From Chloroflexota bacterium (GTDB lineage: Bacteria > Chloroflexota > Dehalococcoidia > Lucifugimonadales > UBA3495), in assembly GCA_027623675.1 (NCBI GenBank), contig JAQBVF010000003.1:64001-128000 (forward strand): a stretch of 64,000 nt of DNA, read 5' to 3'. Each line of letters starts with the position of its first letter. Position 1 is the stretch's first letter. Below, piece by piece: positions 50,117 to 58,936 of this stretch. The notes beneath the pieces were generated by a model. That model had not been told where the DNA came from and made no database searches. It worked only from the letters and a program-made list of their open reading frames with translations. The translations under genes and the position numbers were made by a program.

Positions 50117-51511
50117 TCATTCCTCGCCGGTCGCCGAGGGGTAGCCCCGCTCGATCCAGGCGGGGGTGCCGGCTTCGTCCACCACCTGCACGTTTTTCCG
50201 GCCGTCGCGCAGCAGGATGCTGCCGGCGGTGGTGGCCCGCATTCCCGCCGCACAGACGGTGATCAACGGGAGGTCCCGGGGGATCCCGTCCAGGTGATCT
50301 TTCAATTCGCCCAATTCGATGTTCAACGCTCCCTTGATGTGATCACCGGCATACTCTCTGCGTTGCCGGACATCGATGACCATCGGCGCGGATAGATCGT
50401 CCTGCGCCTGCCGGAGGTGCGCCAGGTCCAACCGGTTGGTCGTTTCAACGGGGAGGCCGGCTGACTTCCACGCCCCCATGCCTCCCGCCAAGAACCCGTG
50501 GACCCGGTCGAAGCCGATCCGGATCAACTGCCGCATCATGTCGTCGTGCTGGCTGGCGTTAGCGGATAGCAGCACCAGGGGCTGGCCCCAGGGGACCACC
50601 CACCCGATCCAGGTGGCCATGTTGTCGCCATGGGGCACGGCATACGACCCTGGAACATGCTCTAAGTTGAAGCTGCGTTCGGGCCGGGCGTCGATCAACA
50701 CTGCTTCGTTGTCCAGGTGGCTGCGGACAGACAATGCCGTTAAAGAAGACATCCTGGGAACGCCGCCCAGGATGTCAGGGCCCCGTCGGTTGATGTCGGC
50801 CATGTACTTGTAGTAGCTGGGATACGAACCTAGACCCGTGAGTGCGTATCTGACGAAGCTGGTCTCCTCGGCTTCCGCGGCGAAGGGATTGGTCAGCCGC
50901 TCCTGGGCGATGGTGGAGTGGCCACCGCCGCTTCCGGCCGCCGCCGAGCAGAAAGACCCGCCGCCGTGGGTGGGGTAGACCTCGACCTCGTCGGGCAGTT
51001 TCAGCAGTTTCTCGTGGATGGTGTTGTGGAGCCAACGGGCCAGGAACGGGGCAATCTTGGCGCCGAGCAGGTCAACGCGGGCCGCTCCGCCCAGCATCAG
51101 CGCGCCGCCGGTGAAGATCATGGTCGGCCGGCTGCGCACTTCGACCATGAATGAGACGCTCTCGGGAGTGTGACCGGGGGTATCCACTACCCGGATCTGG
51201 AACTCGCCCAGGTCGAATTCGTCGTTTTCTCTGAGGCGGACCGATGGAAAAAGCAGCCCGCCGGATGCGCTGGCGCCCACCTGGCACCCTGTCTGCTCGG
51301 CCAACTCCCGTACGCCGGAGACGAAGTCGTTATGGATGTGGGTCTCGAAGGCGTAGGCGATACGGGTGCCGTGGTCGGCGGCGATCTTGATGTAACGGTC
51401 CACATCTCGGGCGGGATCGATGACGACACACCGCCCCGATTGTTCTGAGCCCACCACGTAACTGTTATTTGACAGGCTCTCGATCCTGACTGTTTCAACA
51501 AACATTCTCAT
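50117..51511 (-). CDS. MBL-fold persulfide dioxygenase-like protein with two rhodanese domains (CstB-like)
   Basis: ETHIHNDFVSG, TPGHTPE, YPTHGGGSFC, a Cys-less rhodanese-like domain, then a C-terminal rhodanese with CAAGMRA. Confidence 0.85.
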   Translation of the reverse strand: MRMFVETVRIESLSNNSYVVGSEQSGRCVVIDPARDVDRYIKIAADHGTRIAYAFETHIHNDFVSGVRELAEQTGCQVGASASGGLLFPSVRLRENDEFDLGEFQIRVVDTPGHTPESVSFMVEVRSRPTMIFTGGALMLGGAARVDLLGAKIAPFLARWLHNTIHEKLLKLPDEVEVYPTHGGGSFCSAAAGSGGGHSTIAQERLTNPFAAEAEETSFVRYALTGLGSYPSYYKYMADINRRGPDILGGVPRMSSLTALSVRSHLDNEAVLIDARPERSFNLEHVPGSYAVPHGDNMATWIGWVVPWGQPLVLLSANASQHDDMMRQLIRIGFDRVHGFLAGGMGAWKSAGLPVETTNRLDLAHLRQAQDDLSAPMVIDVRQRREYAGDHIKGALNIELGELKDHLDGIPRDLPLITVCAAGMRATTAGSILLRDGRKNVQVVDEAGTPAWIERGYPSATGEE

Positions 51512-51600
51512 CCACCCCTAGAAGCAAAAGTTTGTCACCGTTAGCGCACGCCCGGCCAAGCGTCCTTGGCTGTATGGGCGAACTATGGCGTTAGGCGTTA

Positions 51601-51629
51601 ATTGTATACCGCCGGCGGTATTCGGTCAC
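51601..51629 (-). promoter_or_regulatory. Promoter with a palindromic CsoR/CstR-type operator in its spacer
   Basis: GTGACC-17-TACAAT on the minus strand; perfect palindrome ATACCGCCGGCGGTAT at 51606-51621. Confidence 0.6.
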
Positions 51630-51656
51630 CGAGGCGGCTGGGAGGGGGGTTGGCAG

Positions 51657-52724
51657 CTACCCCGTCCGTACGGTGATCGGGACCGAATGGACCGAGTTGA
51701 CCTGGTAGCCGCGATAGTTCCAGTCGGCCAACATGGGCTGTACGTTGCCGGAACTATCGGTGGCCCGGCAGCGCAGCAATGAGTGGCCCAAGCTGGTGGC
51801 GTTCCATTCGATCTTCCAACGCTGCCACGAGTAATCACCGGACGGCCCTTCCAGATCGGCCTTCCGCCAACTGCGGCCGTCGTCGGTGCTGACCTCCACC
51901 TTGGTGATGTGGCCGTCGCCCGACCAGGCCACGCCTTTCACGGTGTGGGTGCCGGGTTCTACGACCGAGCCCCGGACGGGCGTGCTGATCAAAGACTTCA
52001 CCTTGAGCCTGCTGACACGGGTTGCCTCAGCGTCGCTCTTGCCATCGGTGGCGGGGTAGATGCGGTAGTCAAGCTCGTGGAACCCGCCGTTAGGGTGGTC
52101 CATCACGGCGATCTTGGAGAGCCATTTGACCGAGGCCATGCCGTACCAGCCTGGTATCAGCAGCCGGATGGGGAAACCGTGGTCCCTGGGTATGGGCTCG
52201 CCGTTCATCTCATAGGCCAATATCGTGTCGAGATCCAACGTCTTCGCCAGTGGCAAGCTCATGGCGTAGCTCATCTCTGTGCCGGCCTGGGGGACTCTGC
52301 CTGAATCTTCACCTTCGAAGAGAACGTCGGTGGCGATGCCTTTGAGGGACGCTTGGTCCAATACCGTCTTGAGGGAAACGCCTTTCCACCGGGCTACGCT
52401 GACCGCGCCGTTGTCCCATTGAACGCCTTCAGCTGGGGGCTGCATGGTGGAGCGGCTGTTGCCGGCGCACTCCATAACACAGATTACTTCGCGGCTGGGC
52501 ATCTTGAGCAGGTCGTCGTAGCTGAGGCTGAGGGGGTTATCTACGTCGCCGGAGACGGACAGGGACCAATCGGCGGTATCGATCTGGGGGGCGGGGAAAT
52601 GGCTGCGGATGAAGTGGCCTTGGGTGGGGGAGACGGGCACGTGTATATCTGGCAGGAATACCCCCGCACAAAGGGGGTCTTCAGATAGAACATTAAGGTC
52701 ACCAGCGGTTTTTTCGTCTGGCAT
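51657..52724 (-). CDS. Sulfite oxidase family molybdopterin enzyme
   Basis: FIRSH, ECAGNSR, DHGFPIRL..PGWYG..SVKW, Moco dimerisation domain. Confidence 0.9.
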   Translation of the reverse strand: MPDEKTAGDLNVLSEDPLCAGVFLPDIHVPVSPTQGHFIRSHFPAPQIDTADWSLSVSGDVDNPLSLSYDDLLKMPSREVICVMECAGNSRSTMQPPAEGVQWDNGAVSVARWKGVSLKTVLDQASLKGIATDVLFEGEDSGRVPQAGTEMSYAMSLPLAKTLDLDTILAYEMNGEPIPRDHGFPIRLLIPGWYGMASVKWLSKIAVMDHPNGGFHELDYRIYPATDGKSDAEATRVSRLKVKSLISTPVRGSVVEPGTHTVKGVAWSGDGHITKVEVSTDDGRSWRKADLEGPSGDYSWQRWKIEWNATSLGHSLLRCRATDSSGNVQPMLADWNYRGYQVNSVHSVPITVRTG

Positions 52725-52962
52725 AGCTTTCTCCTTTCAGATTTGATCTGCGCCTGGACGAGGCACGGCTTGTGTGTGATCTAGCTGTGAAGAAACGGAA
52801 TCATAACACCAACGCCGAACTGGGGCCGGGAAAACGTCTAACCTGCCGGCGCTTCCGGACAGCCGAGGCGTCACCGGCAACAGATCTAACGCCGCCTGCG
52901 GGTGGGAAGGTCCTAAAGGCATGGCCGGCTTGGTTGAAGCTATGCCCTGGCGCTTCATCCGC

Positions 52963-53106
52963 TTAGTTGCTCGCGGCGGAAGTTTCGCCGGCGGGGCTGG
53001 AACCGCTCACCGTGCAGCCATGGCTCGCCGTGGTCGCCAGGAGGATCGAGCCGATGACAATGAGCATCATCAATGACCGGCTGGCGCGTAGTTTAAATAT
53101 GCGCAT
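52963..53106 (-). CDS. Possible 47-aa peptide with a signal-peptide-like N-terminus
   Basis: MRIFKLRASRSLMMLIVIGSILLATTASHGC...; GGAG upstream; may be a remnant. Confidence 0.3.
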   Translation of the reverse strand: MRIFKLRASRSLMMLIVIGSILLATTASHGCTVSGSSPAGETSAASN

Positions 53107-53509
53107 CCTGAATATTCACTCCGTATCTGGGTCCGGTTTAGAGTCGCGGGCGGGGCGCCAGTTGGGCATCAGACCGGGTGTCCCCTGCCGTGTAAAAACG
53201 CAATTGGCAGTATATCTTAACCGGCCTTGGCCAGTACAGTAGTGATCCCGGTCCGAAGATCGACTTGCATGGGCCTTAGACCGCCGCGGCAACCGCTGCC
53301 GTTGCTCCTGAAGACCTAGAGCGCCGTCATCCAGGCGGTGGACGGGGCAGGCGCGGGTTCGAGCCTGAAATGATGATGAAGAATGGCGGGATTGTGATAA
53401 TATATGCCAAGGCATATTCGGCCCGCCTATCTCGCCAAGATATGCACGCCTCTGGGCGTTTAAATCATGCTTGAGAACTATCCCGAAAATAAGATCGAGG
53501 AGCGATAGA

Positions 53510-55831
53510 ATGCCTGACTACCAGCCCAACGCGGTCCTCTCCAACGAAGAATTTGCCGTGGTCGGTTCCAGGCCGGTCCGTCATGATGGCGCCGACAAAG
53601 TAACCGGACGCGCCAGGTACGGCGCGGATACCAAATTACCTGGCATGCTGTACGGCAAGATGCTTCGCAGCCCCCACGCTCACGCGGTCATAAAATCGGT
53701 CGATACCAGCGCCGCCGAGGCCCATCCGGGCGTCTACGCAGTGGTCACCTCAGCCGATTGGCCCGAGACTTCAATGAAGCTCACCGACCTGGCCGAAGGC
53801 TCGCTGCATAACCTGGGCTTCCTGAGCATGAACATCCTGGCCAGAGGCAAGGCTTTGTACAAGGGCCACCCCATCGCCGCCGTGGCCGCGGTCAGTCCCC
53901 ACGTGGCTGAAGAAGCAGCGGCCTTGATCAAAGTGGACTATGAAGTCTTGAAGCCGGTGCTATCCGCAGAGGAGGGGATGAAGCCCGACGCTCCCATCCT
54001 GCACGAGCGCCTGGCCGCGGTAACGAGCCCGGCCCTGCGCCCCGGCGGACTGTTGGATGACGACGCCGAAAGCATGCGGACCAACATCGCCAACAAATTT
54101 GAGTTCGTCCTAGGCGACGTTGAACAGGGCTTCAAAGACGCCGACGTGATCGTCGAGAAAGAAACCACCACCCAGGCGGTGCACCAGGGCTACATCGAAC
54201 CCCAGGCAGGCGTGGCCCACTGGCAGGTCGACGGCAAAGTGACCGTGTGGTCCAGCAGCCAGGGGCAGTTCACCGTTCGCGACCAGACCGCCCGGTTCCT
54301 GGGCATCCCGGTCTCCCAGGTCAAAGCCGTTCCCATGGAGATCGGCGGCGGCTTCGGCGCGAAGGGCATCACCTATGTGGAGCCGATCGCGGCGTTGCTG
54401 TCGCGTAAGTCGGGCCGGCCGGTGAAAGTCCAATTGACCCGGACCGAGGTCTTCGAGGGCACCGGACCCACCTCCGGAACCAAGATCAAAGTGAAGCTGG
54501 GCGCAACCAAAGAGGGCAAGCTGATCGCCGCTGAAGCCGAACTGATCTATGAGGCGGGCGCTTTCCCCGGCTCCCCGGTGGGCGCCGGCGTCCAGTGCAT
54601 GATGGGTCAATACGACATTCCAAACGGCCACCTGACCGCCTACGACGTAGTGGTCAACCGGCCCAAAGCGGCGGCCTACCGGGCGCCGGGCGCTCCGGCC
54701 TCGGCGTTCTGCATGGAAACCGCCATCGACGAACTGAGCCGGAAACTGGGGATCGACCCCCTGGAATTCCGCCTGATGAACAGCGCCAAGGAGGGCGTGC
54801 GGCGGGTTACCGGTCCCATGACACCCAAGGTTGGGTACATCGAGACCCTGCAGGCCACCAAGGACCACGATCACTACAACACCAAGTTGGAAGGCAAGTA
54901 CCGGGGACGCGGCGTCGCCACCGGGTTCTGGGGCAACAACTCCGGTCCTTCCTCGGCGGTAGCCGTGGTCAATTCCGACGGCACCGTCAGCTTGACCGAG
55001 GGTTCGCCGGACATCGGCGGCAGCCGGGTCGCCATGGCCCTGCACGTGGCAGAGGTGCTGAACATTCCCGTTGAGGACATCAAGCCCCAGGTTGGCGACA
55101 CCGATTCCATCGGCTTCACCTCCAACACGGGCGGCAGCAGCGTCACCTTCAAGTCCGGCTGGGCGTGCTATAACGCCGCCCAGAGCGTGAAGCAGCAGAT
55201 GATCGACCGGGCCGCCAAGATCTGGGAGATACCCGGTGAGGACGTGGAGTACAAAGAGGCCGTCCTACAGCATAAGTCGGACCCCGAACTAAAGTTGACC
55301 TTCAAGCAGATCGCCGCGCGGATGATTCCCACCGGCGGTCCCATAGTGGGGTCCGCCGGCGTCAACCCGCCCGGCCCCGGCCCGTCCATCGGCTCCCATA
55401 TCGTCGACGTGGAGGTCGACACCGACACGGGCAAGGTTAGCATCCTGCGTTATACCGCAGTGCAAGACGCCGGCAAAGCCATCCACCCGTCCTACGTCGA
55501 AGGCCAGATCCAAGGCGGCGTGGTGCAGGGCATCGGCTGGGCTCTCAACGAGGAGTACGTCTACAACGACAGCGGCGTCATGCAGAACAGCAGCTTCTTG
55601 GACTACCGGATGCCCACGTCGCTGGACCTGCCCATGATTGACACGGTGATCGTGGAAGTGGCCAACCCTAACCACCCCTACGGCGTCAGGGGAGTCGGCG
55701 AAGTGCCGATCGTGCCTCCGATGGCGGCCATATCCAACGCGATCTTCGATGCTATCGGCGTGCGCATGAACGACCTGCCCATGTCCCCGGACAAGGTCTT
55801 GGAAGCTCTCTGGGCCAAAGAGGGCAAGTAG
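53510..55831 (+). CDS. Xanthine dehydrogenase family molybdopterin-binding large subunit
   Basis: KVTGRARY, LRSPHAHA, IGGGFGAK, AYRAPG, GQIQGG..QG, GVGE. Confidence 0.92.
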   Translation: MPDYQPNAVLSNEEFAVVGSRPVRHDGADKVTGRARYGADTKLPGMLYGKMLRSPHAHAVIKSVDTSAAEAHPGVYAVVTSADWPETSMKLTDLAEGSLHNLGFLSMNILARGKALYKGHPIAAVAAVSPHVAEEAAALIKVDYEVLKPVLSAEEGMKPDAPILHERLAAVTSPALRPGGLLDDDAESMRTNIANKFEFVLGDVEQGFKDADVIVEKETTTQAVHQGYIEPQAGVAHWQVDGKVTVWSSSQGQFTVRDQTARFLGIPVSQVKAVPMEIGGGFGAKGITYVEPIAALLSRKSGRPVKVQLTRTEVFEGTGPTSGTKIKVKLGATKEGKLIAAEAELIYEAGAFPGSPVGAGVQCMMGQYDIPNGHLTAYDVVVNRPKAAAYRAPGAPASAFCMETAIDELSRKLGIDPLEFRLMNSAKEGVRRVTGPMTPKVGYIETLQATKDHDHYNTKLEGKYRGRGVATGFWGNNSGPSSAVAVVNSDGTVSLTEGSPDIGGSRVAMALHVAEVLNIPVEDIKPQVGDTDSIGFTSNTGGSSVTFKSGWACYNAAQSVKQQMIDRAAKIWEIPGEDVEYKEAVLQHKSDPELKLTFKQIAARMIPTGGPIVGSAGVNPPGPGPSIGSHIVDVEVDTDTGKVSILRYTAVQDAGKAIHPSYVEGQIQGGVVQGIGWALNEEYVYNDSGVMQNSSFLDYRMPTSLDLPMIDTVIVEVANPNHPYGVRGVGEVPIVPPMAAISNAIFDAIGVRMNDLPMSPDKVLEALWAKEGK

Positions 55832-55837
55832 CCCAGG

Positions 55838-56107
55838 ATGGCTGAGGTCTGGATCCCGCCCAAGCTGCAACAGCTAACGGGCGGCAAGCAGCAGGTCCAA
55901 GCGGAGGGCCGTACCGTGCGCCAGGTGATTACCAGCCTGGAGCGGGACTACCCTGGCATCAGGGAATTCCTCTGCGACGACGAGGAGGACGACCTGACTC
56001 CGGGTCTTGCCGTGATCGTGGACGGAGAAGTCAGCCTACTGGGGATGTTGGAGAAGGTACAGGAGAACAGCGAGATACACTTTCTCCCCGCTATGGGCGG
56101 CGGCTGA
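55838..56107 (+). CDS. moaD: MoaD/ThiS-family sulfur carrier
   Basis: 89 aa ending FLPAMGGG. Confidence 0.8.
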   Translation: MAEVWIPPKLQQLTGGKQQVQAEGRTVRQVITSLERDYPGIREFLCDDEEDDLTPGLAVIVDGEVSLLGMLEKVQENSEIHFLPAMGGG

Positions 56108-56252
56108 ACCGGCGATGCGTCGCCTATAACCGACGCCGATGGAGAATGGACAATGTGGCGGGGCCTGCGGAAACGCTGGCCCCGCCACTTGCTTATGATC
56201 CCAAGTTCAAGATTCAAGCCGGTCTAGAGATTAGATACAGGGGGAGCGCGTA

Positions 56253-56741
56253 ATGATTAACCGATCAACCGGAAGCAAGACTGATCAAGGCCTGATACGG
56301 GTCCGCCCTAAACTCAGCAGCCAGGCGGAACGGGAAATGCGCCGGGACACTCCGTTGCGCCAGGCCCGCACCTGCTACGGCCATCTGGCTGGGGTCGCCG
56401 GTGTGGCGTTGCTGGACGACCTGCTTGGACGGGGCTGGCTGGTGGAGTCACCAACTCCGGCAACCGGCAGCCGGGTTGGCTACGACCTCACCGAACAGGG
56501 GCGGCTGGCGCTGGAAGCATTGGGCCTGGACACCGAAGCCGCCGCCCAGACCTCCGGCAACTTCGCCTTTGGCTGTTTGGACTGGACCGAGCGGCGGCAG
56601 CACCTTGGCGGAGCGTTGGGCCGCGCTGTGACCGCGCATCTTGGGGAAAAAGGCGTGGTTGCACGAACGCCTGGGGTCAGGGAAGTGAGCCTGAAGAGTA
56701 GCCCGGAAGCCTGGTTGGAGGGCGCCGCCCCTAGCCGTTAG
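56253..56741 (+). CDS. Winged-helix protein resembling the C-terminal half of long ArsR-family regulators
   Basis: ARTCYGHLAG and CLDWTERRQHLGGALG motifs. Confidence 0.75.
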   Translation: MINRSTGSKTDQGLIRVRPKLSSQAEREMRRDTPLRQARTCYGHLAGVAGVALLDDLLGRGWLVESPTPATGSRVGYDLTEQGRLALEALGLDTEAAAQTSGNFAFGCLDWTERRQHLGGALGRAVTAHLGEKGVVARTPGVREVSLKSSPEAWLEGAAPSR

Positions 56742-56803
56742 AGTACCCGTCCCTTCTGGCCGCCGGCGACCGGGACGTGAAGAACGGGAATGTGGAGCAG
56801 CTG

Positions 56804-57382
56804 CTAGGCCTGCACCGCGCCCCGGAAGCGGTCGCGGATCTGCTTCGGAGTGTGGGAGACACGGGGGATGCCCTCGGCTGAAGGACGGGCGGGGGCGATG
56901 CCGCACTTGACCAGTATCAGGCTGAGTTGGCCGCCGGCAGTGGCCTCAGTGAGTGCGGAGTCTAGGGTCTCGATCTTTTCAACGCGGCGGGTCCTGGGGT
57001 AGCCGGCGGTGGCGGCGGTTTGGGCCAGGTCGAAGTTGGCGCTGATGGACGGTTGGCCGCCGGTGGATTCGTAGGCCTCGTTGTCCAGAATGATGTGGAC
57101 CAGGTTGGCCGGGGCTTCCCAGGCTACGAGCGGCAGCGTTCCCAGGCTCATCAAGGCGCTACCGTCGCCCTCCAGCACGAAGACGCGTTTATGGGGGACC
57201 CGGACGGCCAGGCCCAGCCCCATTGCCGATGCCAAGCCCATGGAGCCGATCATGTAGACGTTTCCGGGCCGGTCGTCCAGCGCGAACAATTCCCTGGAGA
57301 TCATGCCGGTGGTGCTCACCAGTAGGTCGTTTGCTCGTACGTGCTCCAGTATCCTGCCGATGGCGTCGTAGCGGCTGATCAA
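56804..57382 (-). CDS. comE: Sulfopyruvate/phosphonopyruvate decarboxylase beta subunit
   Basis: YMIGSMG, TPP motif EGDGS.LM...LDN, STGGQ. Confidence 0.8.
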   Translation of the reverse strand: MISRYDAIGRILEHVRANDLLVSTTGMISRELFALDDRPGNVYMIGSMGLASAMGLGLAVRVPHKRVFVLEGDGSALMSLGTLPLVAWEAPANLVHIILDNEAYESTGGQPSISANFDLAQTAATAGYPRTRRVEKIETLDSALTEATAGGQLSLILVKCGIAPARPSAEGIPRVSHTPKQIRDRFRGAVQA

Positions 57383-57891
57383 GATATCACCCCAGCCTGG
57401 ACCAGAAGCGCACCCGGAACCGACCGGTCGTTGATGGCGGCCAGCAGCCGGTCCAGGGCTAACTCCAGGTTGTCCTGCTCCAGGATTTGGGAGGGCATCT
57501 CAAGCAGGTCGAAGAATTGGGGTGTTTTGGCGCCCATGATCCAGTGCTCCGGGGCGTCGTTGGGCGGACCGCCGTAGCCGCGCCAGCCGACGATGATCAA
57601 CGCCGGAATCTTGTACATCAAGTTGAACGACGTCAGCGGGTTGACCAGGTTGCCCACTCCGGAGTTCTGCATGATTACCCCGCCGATCTCTCCCGGTTTG
57701 CCCGGTTCTCCAACAAAGTAGGCCGAGCTGGCGATGCCGAGGGCCACATCCTCTCTGACCGCTGGTATGTAGCGGATGTCAGGGTCGGCCAACATCAGGT
57801 TGTAGGCGGCGCTGAACGTGGAATCAGGCACCCCGGAGAAGAAAGTCACTCCCCGCTGTTTCAATGCTCCCCAGAATTGATGGGCGTCCAT
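57379..57891 (-). CDS. comD: Sulfopyruvate/phosphonopyruvate decarboxylase alpha subunit
   Basis: FFSGVPDS, RED, MQNSG.GN, WRG; 4-nt overlap with the beta subunit gene. Confidence 0.8.
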   Translation of the reverse strand: MDAHQFWGALKQRGVTFFSGVPDSTFSAAYNLMLADPDIRYIPAVREDVALGIASSAYFVGEPGKPGEIGGVIMQNSGVGNLVNPLTSFNLMYKIPALIIVGWRGYGGPPNDAPEHWIMGAKTPQFFDLLEMPSQILEQDNLELALDRLLAAINDRSVPGALLVQAGVIS

Positions 57892-57944
57892 AGTCGCTCC
57901 CCGGCCGGCGGATCACGCCAGACTAACATATCTTAGCCTCCAAG

Positions 57945-58008
57945 TTGACCAACGGTCCGGCAAGGAGTACGATTGTAATCATAAACCCACCCCCAGGGGG
58001 TATGGGTT
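57945..58008 (+). promoter_or_regulatory. Promoter and CsoR operator of the cop operon
   Basis: TTGACC(57945)-17-TACGAT(57968); C/G-tract pseudo-palindrome AACCCACCCCCAGGGGGTATGGGTT at 57984-58008. Confidence 0.75.
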
Positions 58009-58020
58009 GGAGGATTGGAG

Positions 58021-58287
58021 ATGATTCCCGAGGTTAAAGGAGACGCCCTCAAGCGTCTGAGCTACATCGAAGGGCACCTCTCCGGCATCAGAAAGATGCT
58101 TGAGGAGGACAAATACTGCGTCGACGTGCTGAAACAGACCTATGCCGTGCGCCGGGCCATCGAAAAGATGGAAAGCCTGCTGCTGGAAGGGCACCTCAAG
58201 TCGTGCGTGCTGGATGGCATCCAGACCGGCCGCGCCGAAGAGATAGTTGAAGAGCTCAAGGACCTGTATATCCTGTCGAACAGATAG
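58021..58287 (+). CDS. csoR: CsoR-family copper-sensing repressor
   Basis: RL..IEGH..GI, YC.DVL.Q, HLKSC (C-H-C fingerprint); upstream of copA. Confidence 0.9.
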   Translation: MIPEVKGDALKRLSYIEGHLSGIRKMLEEDKYCVDVLKQTYAVRRAIEKMESLLLEGHLKSCVLDGIQTGRAEEIVEELKDLYILSNR

Positions 58288-58306
58288 GAAACGACGGAGA
58301 ACGACA

Positions 58307-58912
58307 ATGGCTGCATACGTGATTGGCGACATCAAAGTGACCGACCAAGCGACTTTTGCCAAGTATGCCGCAGCGGTGCCCTCCAGCAGCGGGGCGTTCG
58401 GCGGCAGATACCTGGTGCGTGGACCGGGCAAATGTGAGACCGCCGAAGGCGACTGGCTCCCGGAACGCTTTGTACTGGCTGAATATAAAGACGTGGACAC
58501 CATCAAGGCCTGGTACTACTCGCCGGAGTACAAAGCGCTTACGAAGCTTCGGCAGAGCGCTTCCACCGGGAACCTGGTCGCCGCCGAAGGGGCGGGCCCC
58601 GGCGTACAAGGAAGTGAGACGGGGGGAGCGGGGTACCTGATCGGTGATATCGAAGTAACCGACCCGGCCACCTACGCCAAGTACGCGGCGGGCGTGCCGG
58701 ATACGGTGGCGGCATACGGCGGGATATACCTGGTTCGCGGGGCCTCGGGCGAGGTGTTTGAAGGGTCATGGACCCCCAAGCGGTTGGTGGTGCTGGAGTT
58801 CGAGAGCATGGAACGGGCCAAGGCCTGGTACAACTCGCCGGAATACGCCGATCTGAAGAATCTGCGCCAAAGCGCCTCCAAGGGCAATCTGATATTCGCC
58901 GACGGCGCCTAG
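58307..58912 (+). CDS. Tandem DUF1330 domain protein
   Basis: Two repeats of Y.IGDI.VTD...Y...GG.YLVRG...EG.W.P.R.V..E......AWY.SPEY. Confidence 0.85.
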   Translation: MAAYVIGDIKVTDQATFAKYAAAVPSSSGAFGGRYLVRGPGKCETAEGDWLPERFVLAEYKDVDTIKAWYYSPEYKALTKLRQSASTGNLVAAEGAGPGVQGSETGGAGYLIGDIEVTDPATYAKYAAGVPDTVAAYGGIYLVRGASGEVFEGSWTPKRLVVLEFESMERAKAWYNSPEYADLKNLRQSASKGNLIFADGA

Positions 58913-58936
58913 CATCCGCAGCCGATAGGAAGAAAC

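Noticed and set aside
53345..53370. tRNA-like GGTTCGAGCC T-loop
   Set aside because: No acceptor stem, anticodon arm or CCA end could be built around it.
53510..55831. CO dehydrogenase CoxL call
   Set aside because: The active-site loop is AYRAPG and no coxMS genes are adjacent.
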